The position numbers and the translations under genes are program-made. DNA of 64,000 nt from Candidatus Parcubacteria bacterium (GTDB lineage: Bacteria > Patescibacteriota > Minisyncoccia > SURF-38): positions 6,167-70,166 of the forward strand of contig QZJN01000001.1 in assembly GCA_003599335.1 (NCBI GenBank), written 5' to 3'. This document shows, in pieces, positions 1-8,154 of the stretch; position 1 is the first letter of the stretch; each line of letters begins with the position of its first letter. Below the pieces are notes generated by a model that was given only the letters and a program-made list of their open reading frames with translations, was not told the DNA's origin and searched no databases.

Positions 1-2
1 GC

Positions 3-2045
3 AATACTTTGGTAATGAATGGAACTTCAAAGACTCTTACCAGCGCCGGCAACACGCTTCAAAATCTTACTTTGTCCGGGAGTATAACTTTGGCCAATGC
101 GACTCATACGATCGCTGGTAATTTAAATATGGCTGGCGGGACTATTACTGCCGGTTCTTCAACGATTTTAATGAGCGGAACTTCTAACAACATTACGGGT
201 GGGAGCGCTACATTGAACAACTTAACAATTGATCCCTCATCAGCCGGAACGATCACTCTGCAGACATCGGGCTTAACTGTTTCAGGGACTCTTGATGTGG
301 CAACTTCTGACATTCTTGCAATTAATTCCGGCTTGACATTAACTCATAGCGGTTCAACTTTGACTTTGAGCGGAACTATTTCTGGAGCCGGACGTTTAAC
401 TTACCGTTCTTCAACGGCATTTCCAACGATAGGCACGATTTCTTCAATTTTAAGATTTGATACGAGCGCGAATAATCAAACCATGTCGGCCAGAACTTAT
501 GGCGGAGCTTTGGAGGTTGATAATTCCAGCGGCACCAATGGTCGCACCGTAACCATGGCTACAAGCAGTGGTCAGACTATAACCGCTTCTAATTCTCTAA
601 CCATTTTATCTTCTGGAGGAGGTTCGGTAGAGCTTACTGGTTCTTCAAACAACCCAACAGTAAATATTGCGGGAGATATTACTTATACTTCTGGTGGGGG
701 TACTAAAACCATCACTACTGGTACCGGTGCTTGGACAGCTTCAGGAAACGTTAATTTTACCAACGGCGTTTTTGCACCAACTTCTGGAAATGTCTTTATA
801 ATGAGTGGCACAAATAAATTCGCTACGAGTTCTTCACAGAGTTTCTATGATTTACAGATTAATGGTTCCGTTACTCTCACAGATAATGCCGATATAAATA
901 ACGATTTTACTATTGGCGGTTCTGGCACGGCAACTTCTTCGGCTAAAGTGTTTATTGCCCGCAATTTCACAAATAGCGGCACATTTAACCATAACTCTGG
1001 AGTCGTTCAGTTTGATACTACGACACCATCCGATATTACAGGAACAACGAGTTGGTACAGCTTGCTTTCAACGACATCAAATAAAATACTTCGTTTTCAG
1101 GCCGGAGTAACCCAAACAATAAACGGAGTTTTGACGATTACGGGGGCTTCTGGTAATGAAATTTCTGTTCAATCATCGGCGACCGGCAGTAAGTGGTTTA
1201 TCAATCATCAGGGAACAGAATCTGTAAGTTTTGTTAGGTTGCGAGATTCCGGATGCCATGCTTCAAGCACAAACATAACCATCACTGATTCAATTGACGA
1301 TGGAAATAACGGTTCTTGCTGGGTTTTTCCGGCGGCTGATTTACAACAAATACATTATCGTTGGCGAAATGACGATGGTAATGAAGCGAGCGCCACGTTT
1401 GCTACAGCAACGGATTCGTCTTTAACAAACCAACCAAAGCGAGTTCTTATTAGATTGAGGGTTCAATTTTCTAACGAAGGAAATGCAACTTCTTCCGGAG
1501 AGCAGTATCGTCTTGAGTACGGAGAAGGAGCAAGTTGCGCAGGTGTTTCTACGTGGACGCCCTTAGTGAATACCGGTTCAGTTTCGGATCAACATTGGTC
1601 TTTGGTTAATACTTCTAACGTTTCCGATGGAACTGTTACTACAGATAACGCAGGTATCGTTAATGAAAACGCAAATTTTGTGGCCGGAGAATTTCGTTCG
1701 CAAACGAATCTTACGGGAAGTATAACTTTGTCTTCAACTCAATTTACGGAGCTTGAATGGGCTTTGTGGGCAGAACAGGCGGCAACTGATAATGGTGATT
1801 ATTGCTTCAGGGCCACAAATAACGGAAACATAACCAACTTCAGTTTCAATGTTTGGCCTCAGATACGAGTAAGGCCTGGCGGTGGTAAAGGGAGTGGGGG
1901 CGCTTCTGAAGGTTCTCCGCCGGCAACAACGGCAACCACAGGAGGTACCGGTCAGGGCGGGGGAGGATCTTCCGAAGGCGGATCTGGTGGCGGCGGTCAG
2001 ACTGGCGGAGGCACTGGACAGGGCGGTGGTGGAGGAGCGCCATAA
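3..2045 (+). CDS. Large Thr/Ser/Gly/Asn-rich surface repeat protein. The 5' end probably lies upstream of the window. Ends in a Gly-rich tail (GGxGQGGGG repeats).
   Basis: The ORF is open from the first in-frame codon of the window. Composition is extremely T/S/G/N-rich, typical of beta-helix or adhesin-like extracellular proteins. The last 60 aa are poly-Gly/Gln low complexity. Confidence 0.55.
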   Translation, partial: NTLVMNGTSKTLTSAGNTLQNLTLSGSITLANATHTIAGNLNMAGGTITAGSSTILMSGTSNNITGGSATLNNLTIDPSSAGTITLQTSGLTVSGTLDVATSDILAINSGLTLTHSGSTLTLSGTISGAGRLTYRSSTAFPTIGTISSILRFDTSANNQTMSARTYGGALEVDNSSGTNGRTVTMATSSGQTITASNSLTILSSGGGSVELTGSSNNPTVNIAGDITYTSGGGTKTITTGTGAWTASGNVNFTNGVFAPTSGNVFIMSGTNKFATSSSQSFYDLQINGSVTLTDNADINNDFTIGGSGTATSSAKVFIARNFTNSGTFNHNSGVVQFDTTTPSDITGTTSWYSLLSTTSNKILRFQAGVTQTINGVLTITGASGNEISVQSSATGSKWFINHQGTESVSFVRLRDSGCHASSTNITITDSIDDGNNGSCWVFPAADLQQIHYRWRNDDGNEASATFATATDSSLTNQPKRVLIRLRVQFSNEGNATSSGEQYRLEYGEGASCAGVSTWTPLVNTGSVSDQHWSLVNTSNVSDGTVTTDNAGIVNENANFVAGEFRSQTNLTGSITLSSTQFTELEWALWAEQAATDNGDYCFRATNNGNITNFSFNVWPQIRVRPGGGKGSGGASEGSPPATTATTGGTGQGGGGSSEGGSGGGGQTGGGTGQGGGGGAP

Positions 2046-2047
2046 AA

Positions 2048-2078
2048 TAGTATTTGGTAGTTAGTATTTTGTATTTAG
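2048..2078 (+). repeat. Tandem imperfect TAGTATTT heptamer/octamer array, intergenic, just upstream of gene 2130.
   Basis: Sequence tagtatttggtagttagtattttgtatttag. Near-identical arrays recur at 3185-3220 and, inverted, at 9777-9809. Confidence 0.5.
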
Positions 2079-2129
2079 GGTAAGATGTGTAAGATATATT
2101 AATAACTAAGAATTAAGAATTTTAAATCT

Positions 2130-2576
2130 ATGGAACAAATGGGACAAGAGGTAAAGCAAAGATGGTGGCAGCGGTTTCAAACCCCTCACAATGAATTTTT
2201 CCATTGGCTCTTTATAGCCGTTGGGGGAGTGTTTGTGCTTTTGTTGGTGTGGAACATTTTGAATGGGTTGCAGCCGCAACCGGACAGAAAAAAGGTTCAG
2301 GCGGTTTTTCTAACAAACGGGCAGGTTTACTTTGGGACTATGCAAGTTGTAAATCGTAATTACATAAAACTAGCAAGCGTTTATTATTTGCAGGTTCAAC
2401 AACCGGTTGAGTTGCAGTCTCAGGAAATTACAAATCAGCCAAACATTAATATAGTCAAATTGGGAGGAGAAATTCACGGGCCTGAAGATGCCATGTTTAT
2501 ACCGCAGGATCGTATTTTATTCTGGGAAAATTTGAGAGAGGACTCTAATATAGTGAAGCTCATTCAGAGACAATAA
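2130..2576 (+). CDS. Hypothetical single-pass membrane protein.
   Basis: 148-aa ORF with one hydrophobic segment (FHWLFIAVGGVFVLLLVWNIL) after a basic N-terminus. No recognisable motif. Confidence 0.45.
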   Translation: MEQMGQEVKQRWWQRFQTPHNEFFHWLFIAVGGVFVLLLVWNILNGLQPQPDRKKVQAVFLTNGQVYFGTMQVVNRNYIKLASVYYLQVQQPVELQSQEITNQPNINIVKLGGEIHGPEDAMFIPQDRILFWENLREDSNIVKLIQRQ

Positions 2577-2637
2577 TTCAAAATTGTATTTCCGAAGTCT
2601 TTAAAGGTTATTTTGGTAAAAATGGGAGGGTGGATAA

Positions 2638-3186
2638 ATGAAACCGGGCTTTATAGGAATAGTCATAATTTGGGTGGTGGTTATTTTTAATTTTTTTACA
2701 CCATTGGTTTTAGCGACAGAGTATACATCGCCGTCATTTAAGATTTTAGATCCGGTTTTGGATACCGGTGGAACCCAAAATTCAACATCAAGTTCGGGAA
2801 TTTTACAACTTGGCTCTGTTGGGGAAGTTTCTATTGGAAGGTCAAATTCTTCCAACTTTGAGTTAAGAGCAGGTTTTTTGTTTTTCCCCTCTCTTGTTGT
2901 TGCCACGCCGTCAGCGACAACAACCATTGTAGTTGGCCCTGGTTCTGGAGGAAGGGTTCCCCCGGGTATTTTAAAAAAGCAATTAAGGAGGCCTTCTTGC
3001 GTTGATTTAAACGACGATGGTGATGTCGGCCTGGCCGACGCATCAATTCAATTTTTTAATTGGCTTCCATCGGAAAAGGCCAGAGCCGGTTTTAAGTTGA
3101 AGGATAAAAGGCCGGATTGCAATAACGATAATTTAGTAAATATTATTGATTTATCAATAATGCTTTTTTGGTGGGATGAGAGGTAG
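2638..3186 (+). CDS. Secreted protein with a C-terminal dockerin-like domain made of two Ca-binding-loop/helix repeats.
   Basis: N-terminal signal/TM segment. C-terminus carries DLNDDGDVGLADASIQF and DCNNDNLVNIIDLSIML, matching the dockerin type I repeat pattern D-x-N-x-D-x-x-V-N-x-x-D-x-x-x-L. A GGGAGGG RBS precedes the ATG. Confidence 0.55.
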   Translation: MKPGFIGIVIIWVVVIFNFFTPLVLATEYTSPSFKILDPVLDTGGTQNSTSSSGILQLGSVGEVSIGRSNSSNFELRAGFLFFPSLVVATPSATTTIVVGPGSGGRVPPGILKKQLRRPSCVDLNDDGDVGLADASIQFFNWLPSEKARAGFKLKDKRPDCNNDNLVNIIDLSIMLFWWDER

Positions 3187-3220
3187 TATTTAGTAGTTAG
3201 TATTTTGTATTTAGTATTTG
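3185..3220 (+). repeat. Second copy of the TAGTATTT tandem array. It overlaps the annotated ATG 3205 of the next ORF.
   Basis: Sequence tagtatttagtagttagtattttgtatttagtatttg. Same core as the array at 2048-2078. Confidence 0.5.
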
Positions 3221-3222
3221 AG

Positions 3223-4359
3223 ATGAGCCAAAAAAACAAACTTTTAATAATCGGCATAATAGTTTTAGGTTTTTGCATTTTAGTTCCGGATGCTTTAGCA
3301 GCAAGGCTCTATTTTAAGAACGCTGCCGATACGGTTGTTGTTGGCTCAAGTAGACTTATTGAACTTAGACTTGATACAGAGGGTGAGTACATTAACGCCG
3401 GCGAAGTTGTTGTAAGTTATCAACCTGATTTTTTTGATGCCGTTGAGCTTTATGAAAGTTCTTCTATATTTGATATCTTTATTACCCGGCCCGTTATTTT
3501 GAACAACGAGAAAGTCTTTTTAAGTGGCGGGGCGACTAATGCCTTTCAAGGAGATGGTCTTATTTTAACAACGGCCTTTGTGGCAAAAAAAGTTGGCCAG
3601 ACTCAAATCAGCGCTTCTCAAGCAGAAATGATTATAGCTGATGGTCAGGGAAGTTTAGCCAACCTGAAAATCGAACCTTTAACAATTGATGTAGTAGAAG
3701 AGGATCCTCAAAATATAACCATATCCGGCAAGATCGCTCTTATCGTGTCTTCTCCAACTCATCCCGTGCAAACAAAATTTTATTCTTCAAACCAGGTTGT
3801 ATTGACTTGGAATTTGGAAGATGCTTACGAATATTCTTACGCTTTTTCCAGACAAATTGAAGAACCGGATGATATTCCAGAAGAGAGGGTTAGTTCTGTC
3901 AGTTTTTTTGATTTAGAAGATGGAATTTATTTTTTCAACCTTAAAGCCGTTGAAAAAGATACTGGCCAAAAAGCCGCATTTACGTCTTTTAGGGTGATGG
4001 TTGATACCGAGCCGCCAGAGGCCATAAAAGTTGCTTTTAGTAGGGTTGATGCGACTACCACGCTCGTTGCGGTTAACCCGCAAGATAAAACGAGCGGTGT
4101 TGATATTATAGAGTACAGGTTTGAAGGTGAGGAAAAATTTGAGAGACTTGATCAGTTTTATTTTGTAGCTCCACAAAGCGAGAAAATTATAATTAGGGTT
4201 TATGATAGAGCCGGCAATTTTACCGAACGAGTCTTTGAAGATAAAAAAGATTTGGTTTTTGGCTTATGGGGCTTGATCGGAGGCTTCCTAATAGGGATTA
4301 TTGTTTATTTTGCTGTTCAACATTTGGTAAGACGTAAGCACAATGTCGGTTTGAGCTAA
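3223..4359 (+). CDS. Membrane-anchored surface protein: signal peptide, cohesin-like domain, Fn3/Ig-like domains and a C-terminal TM anchor.
   Basis: Signal peptide LLIIGIIVLGFCILVPDALA. The N-domain (VVVGSSRLIELRLDTEGEYINAGEVVVSYQPDFFDAV) follows the cohesin pattern. It shares SPTHP...DGIYFFNL...VDTEPP and SGVDIIEYRF blocks with the ORF at 4378. C-terminal TM is GLWGLIGGFLIGIIVYFAV. The start was moved from 3205 to ATG 3223 because 3205 lies inside the intergenic repeat. Confidence 0.55.
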   Translation: MSQKNKLLIIGIIVLGFCILVPDALAARLYFKNAADTVVVGSSRLIELRLDTEGEYINAGEVVVSYQPDFFDAVELYESSSIFDIFITRPVILNNEKVFLSGGATNAFQGDGLILTTAFVAKKVGQTQISASQAEMIIADGQGSLANLKIEPLTIDVVEEDPQNITISGKIALIVSSPTHPVQTKFYSSNQVVLTWNLEDAYEYSYAFSRQIEEPDDIPEERVSSVSFFDLEDGIYFFNLKAVEKDTGQKAAFTSFRVMVDTEPPEAIKVAFSRVDATTTLVAVNPQDKTSGVDIIEYRFEGEEKFERLDQFYFVAPQSEKIIIRVYDRAGNFTERVFEDKKDLVFGLWGLIGGFLIGIIVYFAVQHLVRRKHNVGLS

Positions 4360-4377
4360 AAAGAGTTATAATAGATA

Positions 4378-5778
4378 ATGAAAATTCTGCAAAATAACAT
4401 TAGATATAAACTTAATAATAAGCGTTTGGCAACCGCGCGAGCCTTTATTTTGTGCTTTTTGAGCTTGGTTTTGTTTCTTTTACCGCTTAATGTTTTTGCA
4501 CAGAATTCCGACGCTTCTTTATATGCTCAACCGGCGAGTGGATCTATTACTCTTGGGAGCACTTTTAGAGTTTCAATATTTGTTAATACCGGGGGTAGGG
4601 ATATAAACGCGGTTGATGTTAAAGTAAATTTTCCTCCTGATAAACTTCAGGTTGTTTCTCCAACAGCCGGTCAATCCATAGTTTCTGTCTGGATTTCTCA
4701 ACCATATTTTTCCAATACCGACGGAGTTTTAAGATTTCAGGGTGGTATACCCAATCCTGGAATTAATACATCTTCTGGACTTATTGCTTCAATAGTTTTT
4801 AGAGCTCGTCAGTTTGGAGGAGCCCAAATAACTATTGATGATGATTCTAAAGTTTTGTTGAATGATGGTCTTGGGACCAATATTTTGTCAAAAACAGCCG
4901 GAGCCCAATTTAGTATTGTTTTGCCGCCTCCGGCTGGCCCTGAAGTTGTTTCTCCGACGCATCCGGATCAAACTCAATGGTACAAAAATAGGAACCCTCT
5001 TTTGAGATGGGGTTCTGTCGGGAGCGCGCAGGGATTTAGTTACAGTATTAATAAGGATCCTCTTTCTGAGCCAGATTTTTCATCAGAAGGAACAGGAACC
5101 CAGGTTGGTTTTGAGAATTTAAGTGATGGCATTTGGTATTTTCATTTAAGAGCTCTTGGTCCCTCGGGGCCAGGCCCGACAACTCATTTTGCTATTTTAA
5201 TTGATAGTACGCCGCCGGCCGAGTTTGTCCCAGATGTTAAACCAGAACGAAAAACCACGAGGAAAACTCCGATTATAAATTTTATTACAACCGACGCCGC
5301 TTCGGGGGTTGATCATTACGAGCTTAAGTTTATAGAGCAGGATAATCCACAAAATCCAGAACTGACACCATTTTTTATTGAGGCATCTTCTCCTTTTCAG
5401 GCTCCCGAACTTTCGCCAGGCATTTATGATGTTGTAGTCAGGGCTTTTGATAGGGCCCAAAATATAACAGATTCGGTTGTAAGACTTGAGATAATTGATC
5501 CTTTTATTAAGCCGATTTCGGAACTTGGTCTTACTTTTGGTGGTTATTTCATGCCTTGGTGGTTGGTTTATCTTATAGCCGATATTCTGATAGTTTTACT
5601 CGCTTTATTATTGTGGTTCTTGATCAAAAAACATCAATCTGTTGAACAGGTATTGGCCGATGGTTTGCATTGGATTGAGCATGAGATTGTTCATGATATT
5701 TCGTGGTTGAAGGATAGGTTGAGGGGTCGTAAACATATAGATTTCGATATAAGCGACAAGAAAGAAATTCGGCCATGA
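4378..5778 (+). CDS. Paralogous membrane-anchored surface protein with a cohesin-like domain, Fn3/Ig-like domains and a C-terminal TM anchor.
   Basis: Signal peptide, then SITLGSTFRVSIFVNTGGRDINAVDVKVNFPPDKLQVVS, which is strongly cohesin-like. Blocks SPTHPDQTQWY, DGIWYFHLRA, IDSTPP and SGVDHYELKF are shared with the ORF at 3223. C-terminal TM is WWLVYLIADILIVLLALLLWFLI. Confidence 0.55.
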   Translation: MKILQNNIRYKLNNKRLATARAFILCFLSLVLFLLPLNVFAQNSDASLYAQPASGSITLGSTFRVSIFVNTGGRDINAVDVKVNFPPDKLQVVSPTAGQSIVSVWISQPYFSNTDGVLRFQGGIPNPGINTSSGLIASIVFRARQFGGAQITIDDDSKVLLNDGLGTNILSKTAGAQFSIVLPPPAGPEVVSPTHPDQTQWYKNRNPLLRWGSVGSAQGFSYSINKDPLSEPDFSSEGTGTQVGFENLSDGIWYFHLRALGPSGPGPTTHFAILIDSTPPAEFVPDVKPERKTTRKTPIINFITTDAASGVDHYELKFIEQDNPQNPELTPFFIEASSPFQAPELSPGIYDVVVRAFDRAQNITDSVVRLEIIDPFIKPISELGLTFGGYFMPWWLVYLIADILIVLLALLLWFLIKKHQSVEQVLADGLHWIEHEIVHDISWLKDRLRGRKHIDFDISDKKEIRP

Positions 5779-6563
5779 TCAGAAACGATTTTATACATAA
5801 ATATAAATTTGGTATCGGATTCATTCTTACAATCTTCGTTTTAGGTTTTATTGGATTTTCTTTGGCGAGCGCTCAACAGCCATTGCAAATAAATATTTCT
5901 TTGCCCCAGCAAGAAACCAAAATTCAATCACCGACAATCACCGTTTTTCCTCCATCGTTGAATAACAAAGAAATACTTTATCTTGGCGGCACAACCGAGC
6001 CAGGATATACAGTTTTGGTATTTTTGCAGCGGGGAAAGGAGGCTTTGATAACAGCTCAAGTTCAGGCTGATGAGAGCGGAAGTTGGTTTTATGCCCACAA
6101 AGGATTTTTGGCAGAGGGAAAGTATTCTTTCTGGGTAAGGGCAAGAACCCAGGAGGGAATTTTGAGCGAGCCAACACAATCGGCAGAACTTAATGTTCTT
6201 GGAGAAGCTCTGGAAATAGGTTCTTACAGAATAGGCTTTAAGAGTCTTTATGTTTTTGCGGTAGGAGCCTTGAGTATAATTGTAACGATATTTATCATTG
6301 TTATACTGATTATTCATATAAGGATACAATCCAAAAAACGACGCTTGCAAAAAGAGGTTCTTGAGGTTCATAGTTCCGTAAAGAAGGGTTTTGAGATATT
6401 GAAGGATGATATTCACAAAGAACTTGATGTTTTGAGAGAGCTTGAGAAAAACAAACAACTTTCCCCTGAAGAAAAGGCTCGCCAAGCCAAATTACTCACA
6501 GATCTTGATTTTGCCGCTAGATATATTGAAAAGGAAGTTATTGACGTTGAAAAATTAATCTAA
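5775..6563 (+). CDS. Third related surface protein: signal/TM, Fn3-like domain, TM and a C-terminal coiled-coil.
   Basis: N-terminal hydrophobic segment. Motif SGSWFYAHKGFLAEGKYSFWVRARTQEGILSEP resembles the Fn3-like block of the two upstream genes. Internal TM VFAVGALSIIVTIFIIVILII, then a charged heptad-like tail. Start overlaps the upstream gene by 4 bp (translational coupling). Confidence 0.5.
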   Translation: MIRNDFIHKYKFGIGFILTIFVLGFIGFSLASAQQPLQINISLPQQETKIQSPTITVFPPSLNNKEILYLGGTTEPGYTVLVFLQRGKEALITAQVQADESGSWFYAHKGFLAEGKYSFWVRARTQEGILSEPTQSAELNVLGEALEIGSYRIGFKSLYVFAVGALSIIVTIFIIVILIIHIRIQSKKRRLQKEVLEVHSSVKKGFEILKDDIHKELDVLRELEKNKQLSPEEKARQAKLLTDLDFAARYIEKEVIDVEKLI

Positions 6564-6740
6564 CTTTAAGTGTCTATAACTAATGGCTATTGTTGATAGT
6601 CTTAATTTATGTTAGGATTGGTAGGCTTTATAAGCGATAATGGATAAAAAATCAAAGGGCATCGCTTAAATGCAAAGAATAAACTTTTTTGAAAAAAGTT
6701 TATAAAACAATAAATATTATAATTAATTTTAATAAAATAT

Positions 6741-7499
6741 ATGCCACCATTTGATAGGAGTTTAATATCGGGAGCTTTAATAGTTTTAGTAATTCTGATG
6801 GTAGTTTTAACTTTCGGACAGGTGCAGAAGTTAAGACTTGGGGAGCCGCCATCTAATTTAAAAACTGTTGTCGTTCAGGGTGAAGGTAAAATAACTTTTG
6901 TGCCAAATATTGCTCAGACTTCTTTTTCTGTTGTTTCTGAAGGTCTTACTCCTAAGATTGTTCAAGATGCTAACGCTTCAAAAATAAATAAAGTCATAGC
7001 TTTTTTGAAATCCAACGGAGTGGAGGATAAAGATATTCAGACTTCTGGTTATTATCTTTCCCCGAGATATTTCTATCCAAACGACAGGGGCGGTACTCCT
7101 TATATTGACGGCTATACTCTAACCCAGACCCTTGCCGTTAAAGTAAGGGATATCAATAAAACAGGACAGATTATCTCCGGAGTTGTTGAGGCTGGCGTAA
7201 ATCAGACCGGCGGATTGAATTTTACCCTTGATGATGAAATGCTTGAAAAAGTCAGACAAGATGCCAGAATTAAAGCATTTTCAGATGCTAAAGAAAAAGC
7301 GAGAGCGATGTCTCAAGCTGTTGGAGTTAGGCTCGGTCCGATAGTGAGTTTTAGTGAATCTTTTTGGGGAGCGCCGGTTCCATTCTTGGCCGAAGCTGCA
7401 TTTGGCAAGGGGGGAGGGGGCGGTGGGGTTGCTCCTAATATTGAGCCGGGTTCTCAAGAGATAGCGGTTTCTGTTTCTATAACCTACGAGATTCGTTAA
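6741..7499 (+). CDS. SIMPL/DUF541-family periplasmic protein (26-kDa immunogenic protein family).
   Basis: N-terminal TM, then the two-lobed SIMPL pattern (GYTLTQTLAVKVRDINKTGQIISGVVEAGVNQTGGLNF ... DARIKAFSDAKEKARAMSQAVGVRLGPIVSFSE) and a Gly-rich C-terminus. Confidence 0.6.
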   Translation: MPPFDRSLISGALIVLVILMVVLTFGQVQKLRLGEPPSNLKTVVVQGEGKITFVPNIAQTSFSVVSEGLTPKIVQDANASKINKVIAFLKSNGVEDKDIQTSGYYLSPRYFYPNDRGGTPYIDGYTLTQTLAVKVRDINKTGQIISGVVEAGVNQTGGLNFTLDDEMLEKVRQDARIKAFSDAKEKARAMSQAVGVRLGPIVSFSESFWGAPVPFLAEAAFGKGGGGGGVAPNIEPGSQEIAVSVSITYEIR

Positions 7500-7563
7500 A
7501 GTTTGGCATCAAAATCAATAGATGGTTTAATAACAGAAAGCCTGTTTGTTTATTGAGATTGCT

Positions 7564-8145
7564 ATGAATTCAATAGTTTTGGATTTAGAAACAAAAAAAG
7601 ATTTTCGTGAAATAGGCAGTAAGAGAAAGCCCGGTTTACTTGGGGTTTCTGTCGTCGGTATTTATGATTATACCGACAATAAATACAAAACCTTTGAAGA
7701 ATCTCAGATTTGGGAACTTGAGAATATTTTAGTCAGCTCTCCAATGATCATTGGATTTAATATTAAGGGTTTTGATTTTTTGGTTCTAGAGCCTTATTTG
7801 AAGCAAGTCAAAATCAAGGATATAAATTCAGTTGATATAATGGAAGAAATAGCCCGCTACAGCGGTTTTCGCGTTTCTCTTGATTCTGTTTCTATGGCCA
7901 CGCTTAAGCAATCAAAAACAGCTTCGGGCATGGAAGCCCTAAATTTATACAAGCAAGGGAAAATTGAGGAACTGAAAGACTACTGTCTAAACGATGTCAG
8001 GTTAACAAAAGAGATATACGAATTTGGTCTTAAAAATAAATTTGTTTTTATAAAAAGCCGGGATGGAGTTTTGGATCATAAAATACCCGTTAGCTGGTCT
8101 CCGGTCGTTTCTTCGGAAAGATCTTCTCCTTTAAGTTTATTTTAG
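7564..8145 (+). CDS. DEDDy-type 3'-5' exonuclease-like (RNase H-fold) protein.
   Basis: Exo I-like motif LDLET near the N-terminus. Exo III-like Y-x3-D (YCLND) near residue 145. Start placed at MNSIVLDLET rather than the upstream ATG. Confidence 0.4.
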   Translation: MNSIVLDLETKKDFREIGSKRKPGLLGVSVVGIYDYTDNKYKTFEESQIWELENILVSSPMIIGFNIKGFDFLVLEPYLKQVKIKDINSVDIMEEIARYSGFRVSLDSVSMATLKQSKTASGMEALNLYKQGKIEELKDYCLNDVRLTKEIYEFGLKNKFVFIKSRDGVLDHKIPVSWSPVVSSERSSPLSLF

Positions 8146-8154
8146 TAAACCAAC

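Noticed and set aside
3205-3222. ATG at 3205 as the start of the cohesin-like gene.
   Set aside because: It lies inside the TAGTATTT intergenic repeat array and would add MYLVFE before a canonical MSQKNKLL signal peptide. ATG 3223 is preferred.
5928-6485. 185-aa minus-strand ORF overlapping gene 5775-6563.
   Set aside because: Fully antisense to a gene with a signal peptide, TM and coiled-coil features. Its composition is a codon-mirror artefact.
6681-6702. Perfect AT-only palindrome aaacttttttgaaaaaagttt between gene 5775 and the SIMPL gene.
   Set aside because: An A/T-only stem is too weak to call a terminator and is expected by chance in a ~25% GC spacer. Recorded only as a possible bidirectional pause site.
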